This document shows, one piece after another, positions 20,187 to 31,172 of a stretch of DNA of 64,000 bases. The notes under the pieces were generated by a model. It worked only from the letters and a program-made list of their open reading frames with translations, had not been told where the DNA came from and did not search any database. This DNA comes from an uncultured Nitrososphaerota archaeon (GTDB taxonomy: Archaea > Thermoproteota > Nitrososphaeria > Nitrososphaerales > CADDZS01): assembly GCA_963799845.1 (NCBI GenBank), contig CAWCYI010000006.1:448001-512000 (forward strand). The letters are read 5' to 3'. The position numbers and the translations under genes were made by a program. The stretch's first letter is position 1; the number at the start of each line of letters is the position of its first letter.

Positions 20187-20856
20187 CTGGCTTCCACTGG
20201 AGTTCCATCACTTGACGCTTTACTTGGTAGCGATGGCTACCCTGACAGATCAGCTATTCTCGTAGTCGGAGCTCCTGGAATTGGAAAGGAGGCATTAGGT
20301 TACTGGTTTGTTCGCTCTGGTTTGATTCAGGGAGATTATTGTCTCTATGCCACTCACTGCCCTGTCTCCGATGTCCTGCGAGATATGAAAGGAGTTGGAA
20401 TAAGTACAGAACGTGTTCCCGAATGGATCGCAGAGCTCTGGTTCACCTTTAAAGTTAGACCTCAGAGACGCAACCTCAATTTCGTTCGACATCAAGGAAG
20501 CAGTACACCGAAATAAGAATAGGCGGGTCAGAGTCGCGACAGATGTCCTGTCTCCACTCCTGGTACTGAATCCCCTCGAATCGATGTACAATTACTGGTC
20601 TCAGCTTCTCTCTGATATAAAGCAGCAAGATGCTGTCATCTTTGCGCTCGCAGAGGATGGTATGAATCCTCCAAACGTCCTAACCACAATGGAACAGATA
20701 TTCGACGGAGTAATCGAAATGAGGCTCTATGAAGAAGGTCTTTCCATTACGCCGCTCTTCCGCGTGAAGAAGATGCTTGGTCTTCCACCGCTTCACGGTT
20801 ACTTCAGGTTCTCAGTTTCGAGTACGGGAATGGAGGTTGTTCCATATACCCATTGA
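20187..20856 (+). CDS. KaiC/RAD55-like P-loop protein, module copy 4 (CTG start, frameshift near 20433)
   Basis: (L)ASTGVPSLDALLGSDGYPDRSAILVVGAPGIGKE in the frame of ORF 20322, continuing in ORF 20413. Confidence 0.75.
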
Positions 20857-21551
20857 TATCAGCTCCATTATCGACGTGTTACTCTTCATAGAGAGGATCA
20901 TCACCGCAGGAATATTCCTCCTAAGTACTGTACAGAGCCCTAAAAATTGGAAAAGCGCTCGTGAGTTCCGTCTATCGTAATCGGGCGTACTGGTTGGCGG
21001 CCCTTACGGTCACCCTCATCATCGGTGGTTTGAATGCTTACGTGACTTATCCCAATACGCCGCTTGGCTGGTTTCTGAGTCGCAATAACTACAACTTCCC
21101 ATTTCTTGTTGGACTGACTCTCGTTTTCGCCTTCTTGGACAGCGTGATCCTCGTTGCGATGGAGATGGATTTCTTTCACAGGGACACCCTGCGCTGGAGG
21201 CAGCTTCGAGCGCCCGCATACGCGGTTTTCCTTGTAGCCATTTTCATTCTATCAATACCGAATTCGCTACTGTTTAATGTCTTATCCACAGTCCTTCCGG
21301 TAATCTCCGCGGGATATGCCATTGCCGTCCTCATAGTTGCCTCGCGAAGAACCCCGGACATGACGCTGAGAAGACACACAAGGTTACTCGGATACGCATT
21401 CATTGTCTACATAGTATCTGTTCTCGTGTTCTCGATCCCGATCTGGGGTAATCTTATCTCGGATCTTTTCGTCATAATCTCCGCCTATCTGATTTATCTG
21501 GCGACCATGTCGCTATCGCCGATGAGCCGGATCGAGAAGACGATTGCCTAA
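20846..21551 (+). CDS. 7-TM membrane protein, module copy 4 (ATA at start position, frameshift near 20930)
   Basis: IPIDISSIIDVLLFIERIITAGIFLLST joins YRALKIGKALVSSVYRNRAYW; RDTLRW, SRRTPD..LRRH, SLSPMSR. Confidence 0.7.
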
Positions 21552-21619
21552 CGGCCTCCACCAGTCTGTCTCCCGATTTATCTTGATTGGAAGCTCAGAC
21601 TGCCTAAACAATTGGGATT

Positions 21620-22759
21620 TTAGTCGACCTTGTGACCTGCTTTCCTAAGTAGCGCGACAAATCTCGGGTCAGAACGAACGCTGTTCCACTCCCATTCTGT
21701 GTTCAATCCTCCGAGAAAGGCAGGGTTGTGCTCCTCTATAGCTTTCTCAGCCCACAGAAAAGTTTTGTCAAGCTCGCCCAAGGCGAGATAGACCATTGCG
21801 ATCGCGTCGGCGACGGGGCGCTCCCCAGAAATATTCTCAAAGGTTTCAATTATTTTTCTAGCTTCCTCCTCCTTGCCGCTCCTTGCGTAGGCCTCTCCTA
21901 GGTAACCGACATATCGGAGATCCTTTCCTCCAGTAAGCTTGATCGCTAATTGCAATTCTGAAATTGCTTCGTCAAACCTAGACGCTGCAAGATAGGTACA
22001 GCCCAAAGTCATGTGGCTTGCATGAAAATAGGGGTCCATTTCGATCGTCTTCTTGAGTTGATTTATGGCCTCATCAAATAGACCATTTTGGCAAAGCATC
22101 CATCCGAGCTCAGTGTTGGTTCTAGGTGAAAGTGGATCCAGGCCCGCAAATTTCCTCGTCTCCATCAGCGCTTCTTCACGCCTTCCCAGAACACGGAGAT
22201 GAATTGCATGCTGGAAGTGGCCCCCTGCATAACTTGGATCAAGCTCAACACTTCTTCTTGATTCTGCTTCAGCACCAGCATAATCAAGATCGTTGAATTT
22301 GATCCCTGCAATTAGTATGTGGGCATCGGCTGAATCTTTGTCGAGCTCAATTGCCTTAAACGCTGCGGCATAGGCTTTGTCCATCACTTCATCAAAACGA
22401 ACATATCCAAAAATCGCCTGAAGAAAATAAGATGCGTACGTCAAGACATAGGGCTGGGCATAGTTTGGATCTGCCAAGACGGCGAGGCTGAAATATTGGA
22501 GCGCCTTTCCAAATCCTTCCTCAGTGTATTCATTAAAATGTTGCAAGCCTTTCAAATAGAGAGAATGTGCTTCCTGGCTCTTTGTTGGTTCTTTCTCAAT
22601 CCGTTTTTTCACACTGGCCATTAATTGAACTTGTAGCGCACCTGCGACTCGTTGGGCGACATCGCTTTGAATCGCAAACACATCCTTCAAATCCCGATCA
22701 TAGGTGTCGGACCAAAGGTGCTCGCTTGTCTGCGAGTCGGTCAATTTTATCAAGATCAA
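21620..22759 (-). pseudogene. TolB-like/TPR C-terminal part of a cyclase-TolB-TPR protein, N-terminally truncated
   Basis: EHLWSDTYDR.LKDVFAIQSDVAQ, TPR repeats, DPRFVALLRK; paralog of 48165-49580 with no cyclase domain upstream. Confidence 0.7.
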
Positions 22760-23660
22760 GGATGATCTTCCGAGCTTCCAGCTCCGATGGCTCTATCAAT
22801 GCCCCTGACTTTTCCTGCAGTTCGGAGGCCAATATTACTTTGAAACTTCACTCGAGTTTTCCTCGCTCTCCCATATTTAAGAGAATTAACTTTTTTGGAA
22901 CGTCGAATCAAAACTGTAGCTTTCGTCCCTGACGAAATATTGTCCAAATAGGGGAATCCGGATCTTCGAAATGTTCGACAACTGCGATGCTCGAACCAAA
23001 TGCTTATTTCAAAAGAAAAGAATCCAAAAGACTGGTACGAGCAAGCGAGCGGGTCTCGGAGAACTTCTGAGGAAACTCCTCTGTCCACGCGGAAAAATCA
23101 CGGCGCCGAGAGACGCAATCAGAGATGGTTGGCTACAAAACAGAAACGATATCCAATCCAGATCATACGAGGAGGCAGAAATGCTGAGGTTCCTGGTGCG
23201 GAATGAAACGGTTGTCCCGTGCGGACAAAGGCCAAACAGGGAACGATGACTTCCGCAAGAGTCCCAGGTAGGCCGCATAGCTGAATCCCGCATAAAACAG
23301 AAAGAGGGTTACTACTTGCACGTACCTTTTCATTAATAGAGCAGGAGAAAGACTGCTCCCATTAATTTTTTTCAAGTCAGGGCGGAATAAGAGCACTGCG
23401 GAAGTCGTACTAAGACATCGACCTTTTGACTAAAATCGGAGGATACTACATGACGACGCGGGGTCAGTTGTGAAACTGCCGAGTTATCGGCGACCCCACA
23501 TCTTCCCGTCGCAATGAGAAAATGCAAGTCCCAATTGTAGGGCTGGTCACTTAACGACTGTGTCAGACTCTTCGATTATAAGAGTAAACTTCACTTCATC
23601 AGGAAAGCTCAAAATCAATATCTCCAGTCGCGAAGAGAAATAATTAATCATGTGAAATTC

Positions 23661-24494
23661 TTAGCTTACATTCACTCCGTTTAGCAGATAGTAGAATACT
23701 GTGAATGCGATCCCGAGGGTGACTGCGAGTGCGCCTAAAACCATATCGAGTTTCCAGATGTTTTTTGTCTTTGCAAATTTGAGGAGGTACGAAATTGTCA
23801 GTAGGCCGATTAGGAGAGCAGTTACGATCGCAACGATTAATCCGAGCGGCGAAACCGTTTGGATGTCCGTATTTATTGCACCTCTGGTGAACAAAATACT
23901 GACTCCGAAGGCGCCAAGCGATGCAGGAATGTACGCCAGATACGAGAGCCTGAATGCTTGATCTTGTTTCACGCCCATAACTAGCATTGTTGAGACTGTC
24001 ATTCCTGACCTGCTTACTCCGGGAAGTGCGGCAATTCCCTGGGCGATTCCGACGATGATGTAATGCTTAATTTTCATCTGCTCATGGCCAGCGATCTTTG
24101 GAAGCGCACGTGAGTACCGGATGTAGAATCCGATTCCGATCAATGACAGCCCCAAGGCGATCATCGGTACTCCAATGAAGGGAGAAGTGTGCTGGAGGTA
24201 GGTGTCCGTTATATAGTAAAGAGGCGCGCCAACAATAGCAGTGAAAATAGTAACAACGAGCAGATACATGAAGAGTTTCCTGTCATGAATTAGAGCGACA
24301 ATATCTTTGCGGAAATAAATTATTGCAGACCCCAAGGAACCAATTTCCAAAAACAGCCCGAAAGCGTAAGCAGCTGCGATTGGGAGCCCAAATAAAACGT
24401 AAGAAGCGAAAAGCACCTGCGTCTTGCTGCTGATCGGTAGCCACTCAGAAACGCCCTGAACCAGGCCTAGAATAATCGAATAAAGTAAGTTCAT
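23661..24494 (-). CDS. uppP: Undecaprenyl-diphosphate phosphatase (BacA family)
   Basis: GLVQGVSEWLPISS, QGIAALPGVSRSGMT. Confidence 0.88.
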   Translation of the reverse strand: MNLLYSIILGLVQGVSEWLPISSKTQVLFASYVLFGLPIAAAYAFGLFLEIGSLGSAIIYFRKDIVALIHDRKLFMYLLVVTIFTAIVGAPLYYITDTYLQHTSPFIGVPMIALGLSLIGIGFYIRYSRALPKIAGHEQMKIKHYIIVGIAQGIAALPGVSRSGMTVSTMLVMGVKQDQAFRLSYLAYIPASLGAFGVSILFTRGAINTDIQTVSPLGLIVAIVTALLIGLLTISYLLKFAKTKNIWKLDMVLGALAVTLGIAFTVFYYLLNGVNVS

Positions 24495-24672
24495 TCTTGT
24501 GTCAATTACCTAGATTAATTGTTGGGCAGATAGTAATCCGATGAGCTCGAAGACTGTGCGCATTTGATTTTTGTTCTGTAATAACGATAACGCACAATCC
24601 AGTGGAGGTAATTCTCTGGAATTCCCTGATTCTGGAATGCATAAATAATTGCTTCCCAATCCTGTTGCTACC

Positions 24673-25179
24673 ATGTCCAAAGTCTCGCGCTCCGTCGATA
24701 TCTCCGCACCGGTCGGAAATGTGTTCCAGTACTACGCAAGGCCCGAACATATAGCGAAAACTTTTCCCGAAGATGTCAAGATGAAGGTGGTGCCGATAAA
24801 CATCAAGGAGGGTTTCGGCGTAGGAACTGTTTTCAGGATTGAGGGGGAGTTCGGCGGGAGACCGCTTGCATGGGATATGGAAACTGTCGCTTACGAGAAC
24901 AATAAGGTGATCCAAGTAAAGGCGATCAACGGGCCGTTCAAGAAAAACGTGATCTCCGTGTTTTTTGAATCGCTGCTGAACGGCGAGGAAACAAAGCTTA
25001 CCTTCGAGGCTGATTACGAGCTCGGCTATGGAATCTTCGGCAAAGCGATCGACAAACTGAAGCTGAAGAAAGAAATCGAGATGGGGATCGAGAGGAGCTG
25101 CCAATCGGTGAAAAAGTTCATAGAATCCGGGAAATCTTCAAACGAGATGATTTCCGAGATAAAGGCTGACGCAGCCTAG
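24673..25179 (+). CDS. SRPBCC family protein
   Basis: SRSVDISAPVGNVFQY...GPFK...GEETKLTFEADY. Confidence 0.75.
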   Translation: MSKVSRSVDISAPVGNVFQYYARPEHIAKTFPEDVKMKVVPINIKEGFGVGTVFRIEGEFGGRPLAWDMETVAYENNKVIQVKAINGPFKKNVISVFFESLLNGEETKLTFEADYELGYGIFGKAIDKLKLKKEIEMGIERSCQSVKKFIESGKSSNEMISEIKADAA

Positions 25180-25201
25180 CCCAAACTTGGATGAGAGCCA
25201 A

Positions 25202-25522
25202 TCAGCGCTTTTTGGTCGAAGCTGCGGCAGTCTTTTCGCCTCTAACGTTGGAAAGGACTTTTGCAACTTCAGAGATTATTTTGAGTTTTTTCTCCCCGCT
25301 TCTTTTCTCTATTGAAACATATCCCGAAGGTATCATCATGCGTGAGGGGTACTTCGCGGTCACGACTTCAGGATTGTAGCCCAGCCTGCGAGTCGCTTCT
25401 CCCAGCTCCTCGACCGTGGGATCTTTGACCGATTTGTTTTGTGGGACCCTTCGCCCATTCTCGCGGCTGTACGTCGAGTTGAAGTAATCAATCCAGAGTA
25501 CGAATCGCTTGTAATCTTTCAA
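25202..25522 (-). CDS. srp19: Signal recognition particle protein SRP19
   Basis: VLWIDYFNSTYSRENGRRVP, KYPSR; follows rps8e as in the conserved archaeal arrangement. Confidence 0.9.
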   Translation of the reverse strand: MKDYKRFVLWIDYFNSTYSRENGRRVPQNKSVKDPTVEELGEATRRLGYNPEVVTAKYPSRMMIPSGYVSIEKRSGEKKLKIISEVAKVLSNVRGEKTAAASTKKR

Positions 25523-25573
25523 TTGCAAAGAGCTTCCAGTTTGAAGCCAATCACGGGTAGCGCGAAACAAAAA

Positions 25574-25960
25574 TTACTTTGCAACCAGTAGCGCGTTGAT
25601 GACACCGTCTTGAGCCGGCCTGGACGTGACCCTTGCTCTTCCCAGATCAGTGTCGATTAACGCGCCGCGAGTAATCACTCCTCTTCTTTCGTAATCCCTG
25701 TTCGCGGGGTTTTCCAGTATCCTGGTAATTCTGCTCTTCTGAGTCTTGCCGGAAGTGCTGTCGTGAACGTTCGCGGTATTGGCGAACTTCAAACTTATTT
25801 TCACGGAACCACCCCTGGTTCTCCTCTGATAATTCTCGGTCTCGCCGAGTTGTGTCTCTGCGGCATAACCGTCCTTCTCGTAAGCACGTCGGGATCGAAG
25901 ACGTTTTGTCCTTCCGCCAGTCAATTTTCGCTTTTGCAGGTTCTCAATCGGTTTAACCAA
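25574..25960 (-). CDS. rps8e: 30S ribosomal protein S8e
   Basis: RKLTGG, RTRGG, NPANRDYERRGVITRGA, ARVTSRP.QDGVINA. Confidence 0.95.
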   Translation of the reverse strand: MVKPIENLQKRKLTGGRTKRLRSRRAYEKDGYAAETQLGETENYQRRTRGGSVKISLKFANTANVHDSTSGKTQKSRITRILENPANRDYERRGVITRGALIDTDLGRARVTSRPAQDGVINALLVAK

Positions 25961-26199
25961 ATCGCGTCACGCTGTGAATATCCTAAAGGTGAAACCGTTT
26001 CTATTTTTCCCCATATAAACACTTTCAGTTTGACGGAAAAAGAAGGCGTCGCTTTGGGCAAAAAATCGTTCGAATTTTGATAGGGCTTACGCAGTTAACT
26101 AGATCACTCAATTCGAATCTTTCCTTTCGTGACATCCAAAAAAATCTCAAACGGATCTACAATGAATTCAACAGTAACACGATGAAGTAGGAATCGACG

Positions 26200-26619
26200 T
26201 TACTTCTTTCTCTTAGTGAGGGCGACGACCGGGATGATTCTCTTGGTCTTGCGTTGATATTCGGCGAACCCGGGGTATAACATGGCTTGGCGCGCGTAGA
26301 GGCTGTCATGTTCAAGCCCTTTGATCTCTTCCGCATGAACGTCGATCGTCTCGTCCCCGACCTCGATCTGGACGTCGGGATGGGCTTTGAGGTTGATGAA
26401 CCAGTCCGGGTGAGTATCAGCGCCTCCTTTCGACGCAAACACCAGATAACGTTCCCCGTCTTTGAGGTACATTACCGGGTTGACGCGAAGTTTGCCGCTG
26501 CGTTTCCCGGAGGAATGGAGCAGCAGCAACGGCGCCCCCTCAAAGTAGCCGCCTACCTTTCCGTGGTTCTTGCGGAACTCGGCGATCGTCTGCGCGTTGT
26601 AGTCACCGGAACTACTCAT
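26200..26619 (-). CDS. Deazaflavin (F420)-dependent nitroreductase/quinone reductase (Ddn family)
   Basis: IAEFR.N.GKVGG.F, G.RSGK.R..P, ASKGG...HPDW..NL...P, YQRKT.R.IPVV. Confidence 0.88.
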   Translation of the reverse strand: MSSSGDYNAQTIAEFRKNHGKVGGYFEGAPLLLLHSSGKRSGKLRVNPVMYLKDGERYLVFASKGGADTHPDWFINLKAHPDVQIEVGDETIDVHAEEIKGLEHDSLYARQAMLYPGFAEYQRKTKRIIPVVALTKRKK

Positions 26620-26841
26620 TCAGCTGGCCTCCTCTGAAATTGGTGCACCTGCTCTAGCTCGAGATATGGCTATGTCCGTAACATCGACAACAGAAATCTT
26701 TTCTTCCATCCACACGTCGTCCTCATCTCCACAATTAAATGGACAGCAAAACTTGGGCGCTATTATATCTTAGCGTATTTCTTGCTACGGAGGACGGTTT
26801 TCAACAAAACAGTTTCTAGGCGACGATTATGAGATACCTCG

Positions 26842-27383
26842 TTGTGTCGGAACCTTATCATTCCCAAATGGCGGAACAAACATAAGCTCTCAAGCAAAAG
26901 GAACTATGCGTTTAGGCCTATCGATCTGAGCGTACTGGCGACGCTTGTACAGACAATCGTAATCACCCTCACCCTGCTCGTTTTCATCTTCCAGTTCCGG
27001 AGTCAGGAGAAAGCGATCAGGGAATCGTCTTACCAGAACGTCCTCGGGAGATACAACGATTACGTCATGTCAGGCACTCGTACAGACGATCTAATTCTGG
27101 CACGGCTGTTTTCTCCTGCCAAGGAGCTCTCAAAGGAAGAGATAGCCGGGATTCGTCGCCCCATGATAGTTACGGCATCCTAGAGGAAACCTACGAGCTT
27201 TACAAGAAGAAATGGATCAACAAGGAGACTTGGGATCAGTGGGACGCCTGGCTCAAAGCTATCTGTACGCATCCAAATTTCGCCATGCTCCATTCTGCTG
27301 CCGCGGGGATGTTCGACAAGGATTTCCAAGACCATGTATCTCAACTAATCAAGTCGAATTCATCCGAAACAAAAAGAAGCTGA
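26842..27383 (+). CDS. Hypothetical single-TM protein (frameshift near 27170)
   Basis: TM LATLVQTIVITLTLLVFIFQ; alternate frame continues GILEETYELYKKKWINKETWDQWDAWL...* to 27383; start uncertain. Confidence 0.5.
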
Positions 27384-27432
27384 CTAGGCTCCCACCCGCC
27401 GCACTAACCATTACTTGTAAATTCGTATGTGT

Positions 27433-27479
27433 GTGATACGCTCGGCACGACCGATCTCTCGGGATTTTTGGACTTATTG
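27433..27479 (+). repeat. Dispersed repeat A, copy 1
   Basis: gtgatacgctcggcacgaccgatctctcgggattttt. Confidence 0.8.
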
Positions 27480-27943
27480 GACGTTCGTTATTCAAAAAAA
27501 GGGATTCCTAGTATCATGGGTTCGAATCGTATCCAAACGTATAATGGGTTTGAATCCCCGCCTCTAAGTTATGTTGAGTCGCACATGCCGGCTTGCTATT
27601 CCTTCTCTATCGGCAATGTTTACCTTGGTTAATCCCACTGTCGAAATCTAATGGTCGAAAACATGAGAGTCTATGGTTTTACGCGCGCGCGCCAAAAAGA
27701 GGGTAGGTGATCTTCATAGTTGAAAATGATTAGTACCAAAAATATCTGACCGTACATTCTGTGGTCTCACACTAAGGAAATTAGTATCTGTTTAGTGAAG
27801 GAGGTTGACAATCTATCGTTTTCTCACGGTAATGCTGACTGTGCCCTAAAGCTATTATCAACATTGAGGATCCTGATTGCTATTTGATTAGCTAGGGTAA
27901 GATCGGACTCGTTCAATGGTAATGTGTTAGGTCGCCCTATTTA

Positions 27944-29067
27944 ACCTGGCCGACATAAATTATTAGACTGAAAGGGCCACAGACCTAGACATTCTCATTT
28001 TTGGCCAACTTCCCTTCCTATCTCAGGTTGTATGTCTCGATTACAGGCACCGAAGGAGATTGTTGAAGAGGCTTATAGAGAGGAGAGGGACGCAAACGTA
28101 AGCAAGAGGATATTCCTCGTTCTGAAGGTCAAGTACGAGGGTGTCCCGGCGTCGCACGTAGCAAGGGAAGTTCACCGGCACAAATCATGGACGACACCGT
28201 GGCTTAGACGTTTCGAGAAAGATGGGCTAGAAGGACTCAAGACGATGGAAAGGAGCGGGAGACCTCCGAAGCTCGATCACAACAAGTTCATTGCGGTGAA
28301 GAGGAAGGTCGTGAAGAACGAATGCGGCTGGACCGTGAAGGAGGTCAGGGAGATGATCCGCAAGGAAGCAGACGTGGCATACACTGAGAGACACATCTAC
28401 AGGTTGATGCAGAAGTGGGGAGTGAGAGCAATTGTCCCTGACAAGAGGTTACTTCACAAGGCTTCCCTCGAAGAGAGGCTCGAATTTAAAAAAGGACCGC
28501 AAGACTCCTCAGGAATATCCCGGAAGGCTTCACCGTAGCATCCGAAGACGAATCAATCTTCGTCCAGAACATAGAAACCAAAAGGGTGTGGGCGGTCAAA
28601 GGGATTCGACCGATTCGGATTGTGTCAGGCTCGCACGGCAACACCGTGGTGTTTGGAGCGATCAGCCTGGACGGGACACAAATCTTCAGGCAGTACGAGA
28701 AATTCAATGGCGAGACATTCCTCGACTACCTGAAGAAGGTGCACAGGAAGTTTGGATCACTCTATCTCTTCCTTGACAAAGCAAGGCAACACCACAAAAC
28801 CAGGATCGTAACTGATTATTTGGGTAAGAACAGGAAGACTCTCAGAGTCAGATGGATCCCGACAGCTTCGCCAGAGTTCAACATGATGGAGGAGTGTTGG
28901 CGCGAGGGTGAGAAGGATCTCTCAAGGCTTCCAACCTTTCCGACGTCATTGAAAGAACTGAAATCAATCCTGGCAGAATACTATCGAACGCGAAGGTTTT
29001 GCTCGCATCTTGACATGAAGAAATTCCTTCTGACCAACAGGTGTCTATGAACTTATGTCGGCCAGGT
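27944..29067 (+). mobile_element. IS630-family insertion sequence
   Basis: 25-bp imperfect TIRs (acctggccgacataaattattagac / gtctatgaacttatgtcggccaggt) with TA target duplication at 27942-43 and 29068-69. Confidence 0.92.
28032..29050 (+). CDS. IS630 transposase (-1 frameshift at TTTAAAAAAG, 28485-28494)
   Basis: HTH ORF (RSGRPPKL, wHTH) plus DDE ORF (EDES, FLDKA, PEFNMMEECW). Confidence 0.88.
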
Positions 29068-29177
29068 TAGTTTGGTTGTTATCATTGTTGATAATCGTAT
29101 TCCTCGTTTATTAAGAACAAATATCTGTTCGTTCAGTTGAAGGTACCATACAAGCGCAGGCTAAGATTGAGAAAGGA

Positions 29178-29567
29178 ATGCTTCTAGGAAAGGCACATCT
29201 GAAGTATGTACCATATACGATTAAGGAAATCACACCTTTCGGAGTTCTAATTGAAGCGAATGGGGTTGGAGATTTCGCAGGAGTATACAACGCAACCCAG
29301 AACGAGACAACAACCGTATTTCTGAGAATCGACGGGACATACGATTGGCAATTAAAAGCATTTCAGTCAACAAACGAAGGAGACTTCATAACCGGACATG
29401 GTCACGGAACAGGTAAGGAAACTGGCAACTGGAAATCGGACGCGGGCGACGGAGAAATATTGATCATGACCCAATCTCCAAGACTTTCGTGGCTGAACAA
29501 CAAGAAGTGGAGAATCGAGTACACATTAGCTGGATTAGAGTACGACGAAAAGTTCTTCGCACTCTAA
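29178..29567 (+). CDS. Hypothetical beta-rich protein
   Basis: 129-aa ORF with AAGGA upstream and pyrimidine/T-rich tract downstream. Confidence 0.6.
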   Translation: MLLGKAHLKYVPYTIKEITPFGVLIEANGVGDFAGVYNATQNETTTVFLRIDGTYDWQLKAFQSTNEGDFITGHGHGTGKETGNWKSDAGDGEILIMTQSPRLSWLNNKKWRIEYTLAGLEYDEKFFAL

Positions 29568-29581
29568 GTGTGAGGCTATGA

Positions 29582-29606
29582 TCCCTCCCTTTCCTTTTCT
29601 TTTTTG
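29582..29606 (+). terminator. Probable archaeal oligo-T terminator
   Basis: ccctccctttccttttctttttt just after the stop of 29178-29567. Confidence 0.4.
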
Positions 29607-29949
29607 TCGAGGATTTCTTTTTGGATAAGAATCTGGCTGTTAGACGGCTAGGCTTACATCATTCTTTTTAGAGAACATTGTCTTCGCAGGCATAACATCT
29701 CCTTTGATGAACTCACGTAGGGGGCATATGTGCGGTCGTCTTGAATAAAAATGCCCAAGTTCTCCCTAGCAAATTTCCCAATCAAACCATCGGTTAAGAT
29801 TCATTTCATTAATAGAGGTAAAAACCTGCAGCTATCGAATGTTTCGCTGCAGTTTTCAAATCCAAGAAAGATGATTCGATCGTTATGACGAATTTCGGAA
29901 AAAAATGCGCGGATCAAATAGTGGATTTACAAGTTTTTTTCCTGGCCGG

Positions 29950-30022
29950 GTGATGGGTTCCGCCCGACCGATCTCTCGGGATTTTTGAGATTATTGCGCT
30001 CCAATGAGGATTAAGTCACCTG
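29950..30022 (+). repeat. Dispersed repeat A, copy 2
   Basis: gtgatgggttccgcccgaccgatctctcgggatttttgagatt...aggattaagtcacctg. Confidence 0.8.
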
Positions 30023-30079
30023 CCCTCGTGACCCGGCTCGAAGATTGGTTCGGGCCGATTGAGGGACTCTTCTTCTGGT

Positions 30080-30976
30080 TTAGTTGATCAAATGTAACGA
30101 GATGTGGCGGACTGTGTACTCGTTCACTTTAGAAGTCGAGCCTTGAGCAGTTATCTCGGATGTCATGTATTCATCGAGAGTAGCTTTTCGAACCCAAAGA
30201 TTAGCCAGATCAACATAGATGTCTCCCTTGTATTGATCGCCGCCAACTGTAACAGTGTCATTGCCCATCGAGTCCGGCACCAACATTTTGAGCTTACTTT
30301 CACCAGCATCATAGGAGATAAGAGCACAGACGGCTCCATCGACCAAACTTACTCCCTTCAACTCAAGACTGACCTCGCCATTTTGAAATATGGAACCGGC
30401 TTTGACCTCATTACCGAATTTGACTGAAGCCTCTATGAAGGATGCGGGATGCACAACTCTCTGGCCTATTTCTCTGAGATCCTGAATTCCCTTACCGAAC
30501 TTCATTGGTTTGGTAAAAATGTCATTGAAGCTGTGGAAATCGATAAAATTAGTATATGCAGCGTAACGGGTACTGAAAGGTAACGCACTTCCTAGATTAT
30601 CGTGAAGACTAGCAAATTTATCCTGAGAAATGCCCCAGAAAGGCCCGCGATCATCCGCCCCGGATAACGTGGGATTGAATACGTAAGACCAGTTATTCAG
30701 TTCGGGGATAATAACCGGAGGATCGTCATTGATTTTTAGTCGAAGTTCCGAAGTTGTGTATTGGTCTTCCGCTGGCGAAGCCTTCGGATTGTATTGGAGT
30801 CTCAGAAGATAAGTCTCTGTTCGGAATCTCTTACCGTTCATCCCAAAATGAATGTACTTCGTTTCCATCTGGAAATTTTGAACTTGTCGCTCTCTTTGAA
30901 AAGACAGATCAAAAGACCCCTTAAGATCTCTAGCAAGCTGTTCCAAGTCCAACTCTGACACCAGCATATCATTCAC
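30080..30976 (-). CDS. Hypothetical protein
   Basis: 298-aa ORF; no motif recognised. Confidence 0.6.
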   Translation of the reverse strand: MNDMLVSELDLEQLARDLKGSFDLSFQRERQVQNFQMETKYIHFGMNGKRFRTETYLLRLQYNPKASPAEDQYTTSELRLKINDDPPVIIPELNNWSYVFNPTLSGADDRGPFWGISQDKFASLHDNLGSALPFSTRYAAYTNFIDFHSFNDIFTKPMKFGKGIQDLREIGQRVVHPASFIEASVKFGNEVKAGSIFQNGEVSLELKGVSLVDGAVCALISYDAGESKLKMLVPDSMGNDTVTVGGDQYKGDIYVDLANLWVRKATLDEYMTSEITAQGSTSKVNEYTVRHISLHLIN

Positions 30977-31071
30977 TCATTTAACAGTTCGATTGATAAT
31001 AAGAAATAAAGATCGGGACGATCTTCAATCATGATAACAGGAGCCCATCACACATGTACTAACTTACTAGG

Positions 31072-31117
31072 GTGATACGCTCGGCACGACCGATCTCTAG
31101 GGATTTTGTAGGATTTT
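31072..31117 (+). repeat. Dispersed repeat A, copy 3
   Basis: gtgatacgctcggcacgaccgatctctagggatttt. Confidence 0.8.
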
Positions 31118-31172
31118 CATATCAATAGTCGCTGGGATTGGAATATGCCCTAACGTGGGTCAATATTATTGA

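Noticed and set aside
22756-23396. Overlapping short ORFs upstream of the TPR remnant
   Set aside because: No cyclase or other motif recoverable in any frame; likely degraded DNA
27518-27565. tRNA T-loop-like strings GGGTTCGAATC and GGGTTTGAATCCCCGCC
   Set aside because: No cloverleaf can be built; at most degenerate att remnants
28485-28494. IS630 frameshift as a sequencing error
   Set aside because: A split at an A-run after the HTH region is a well-known programmed feature of IS630 transposases
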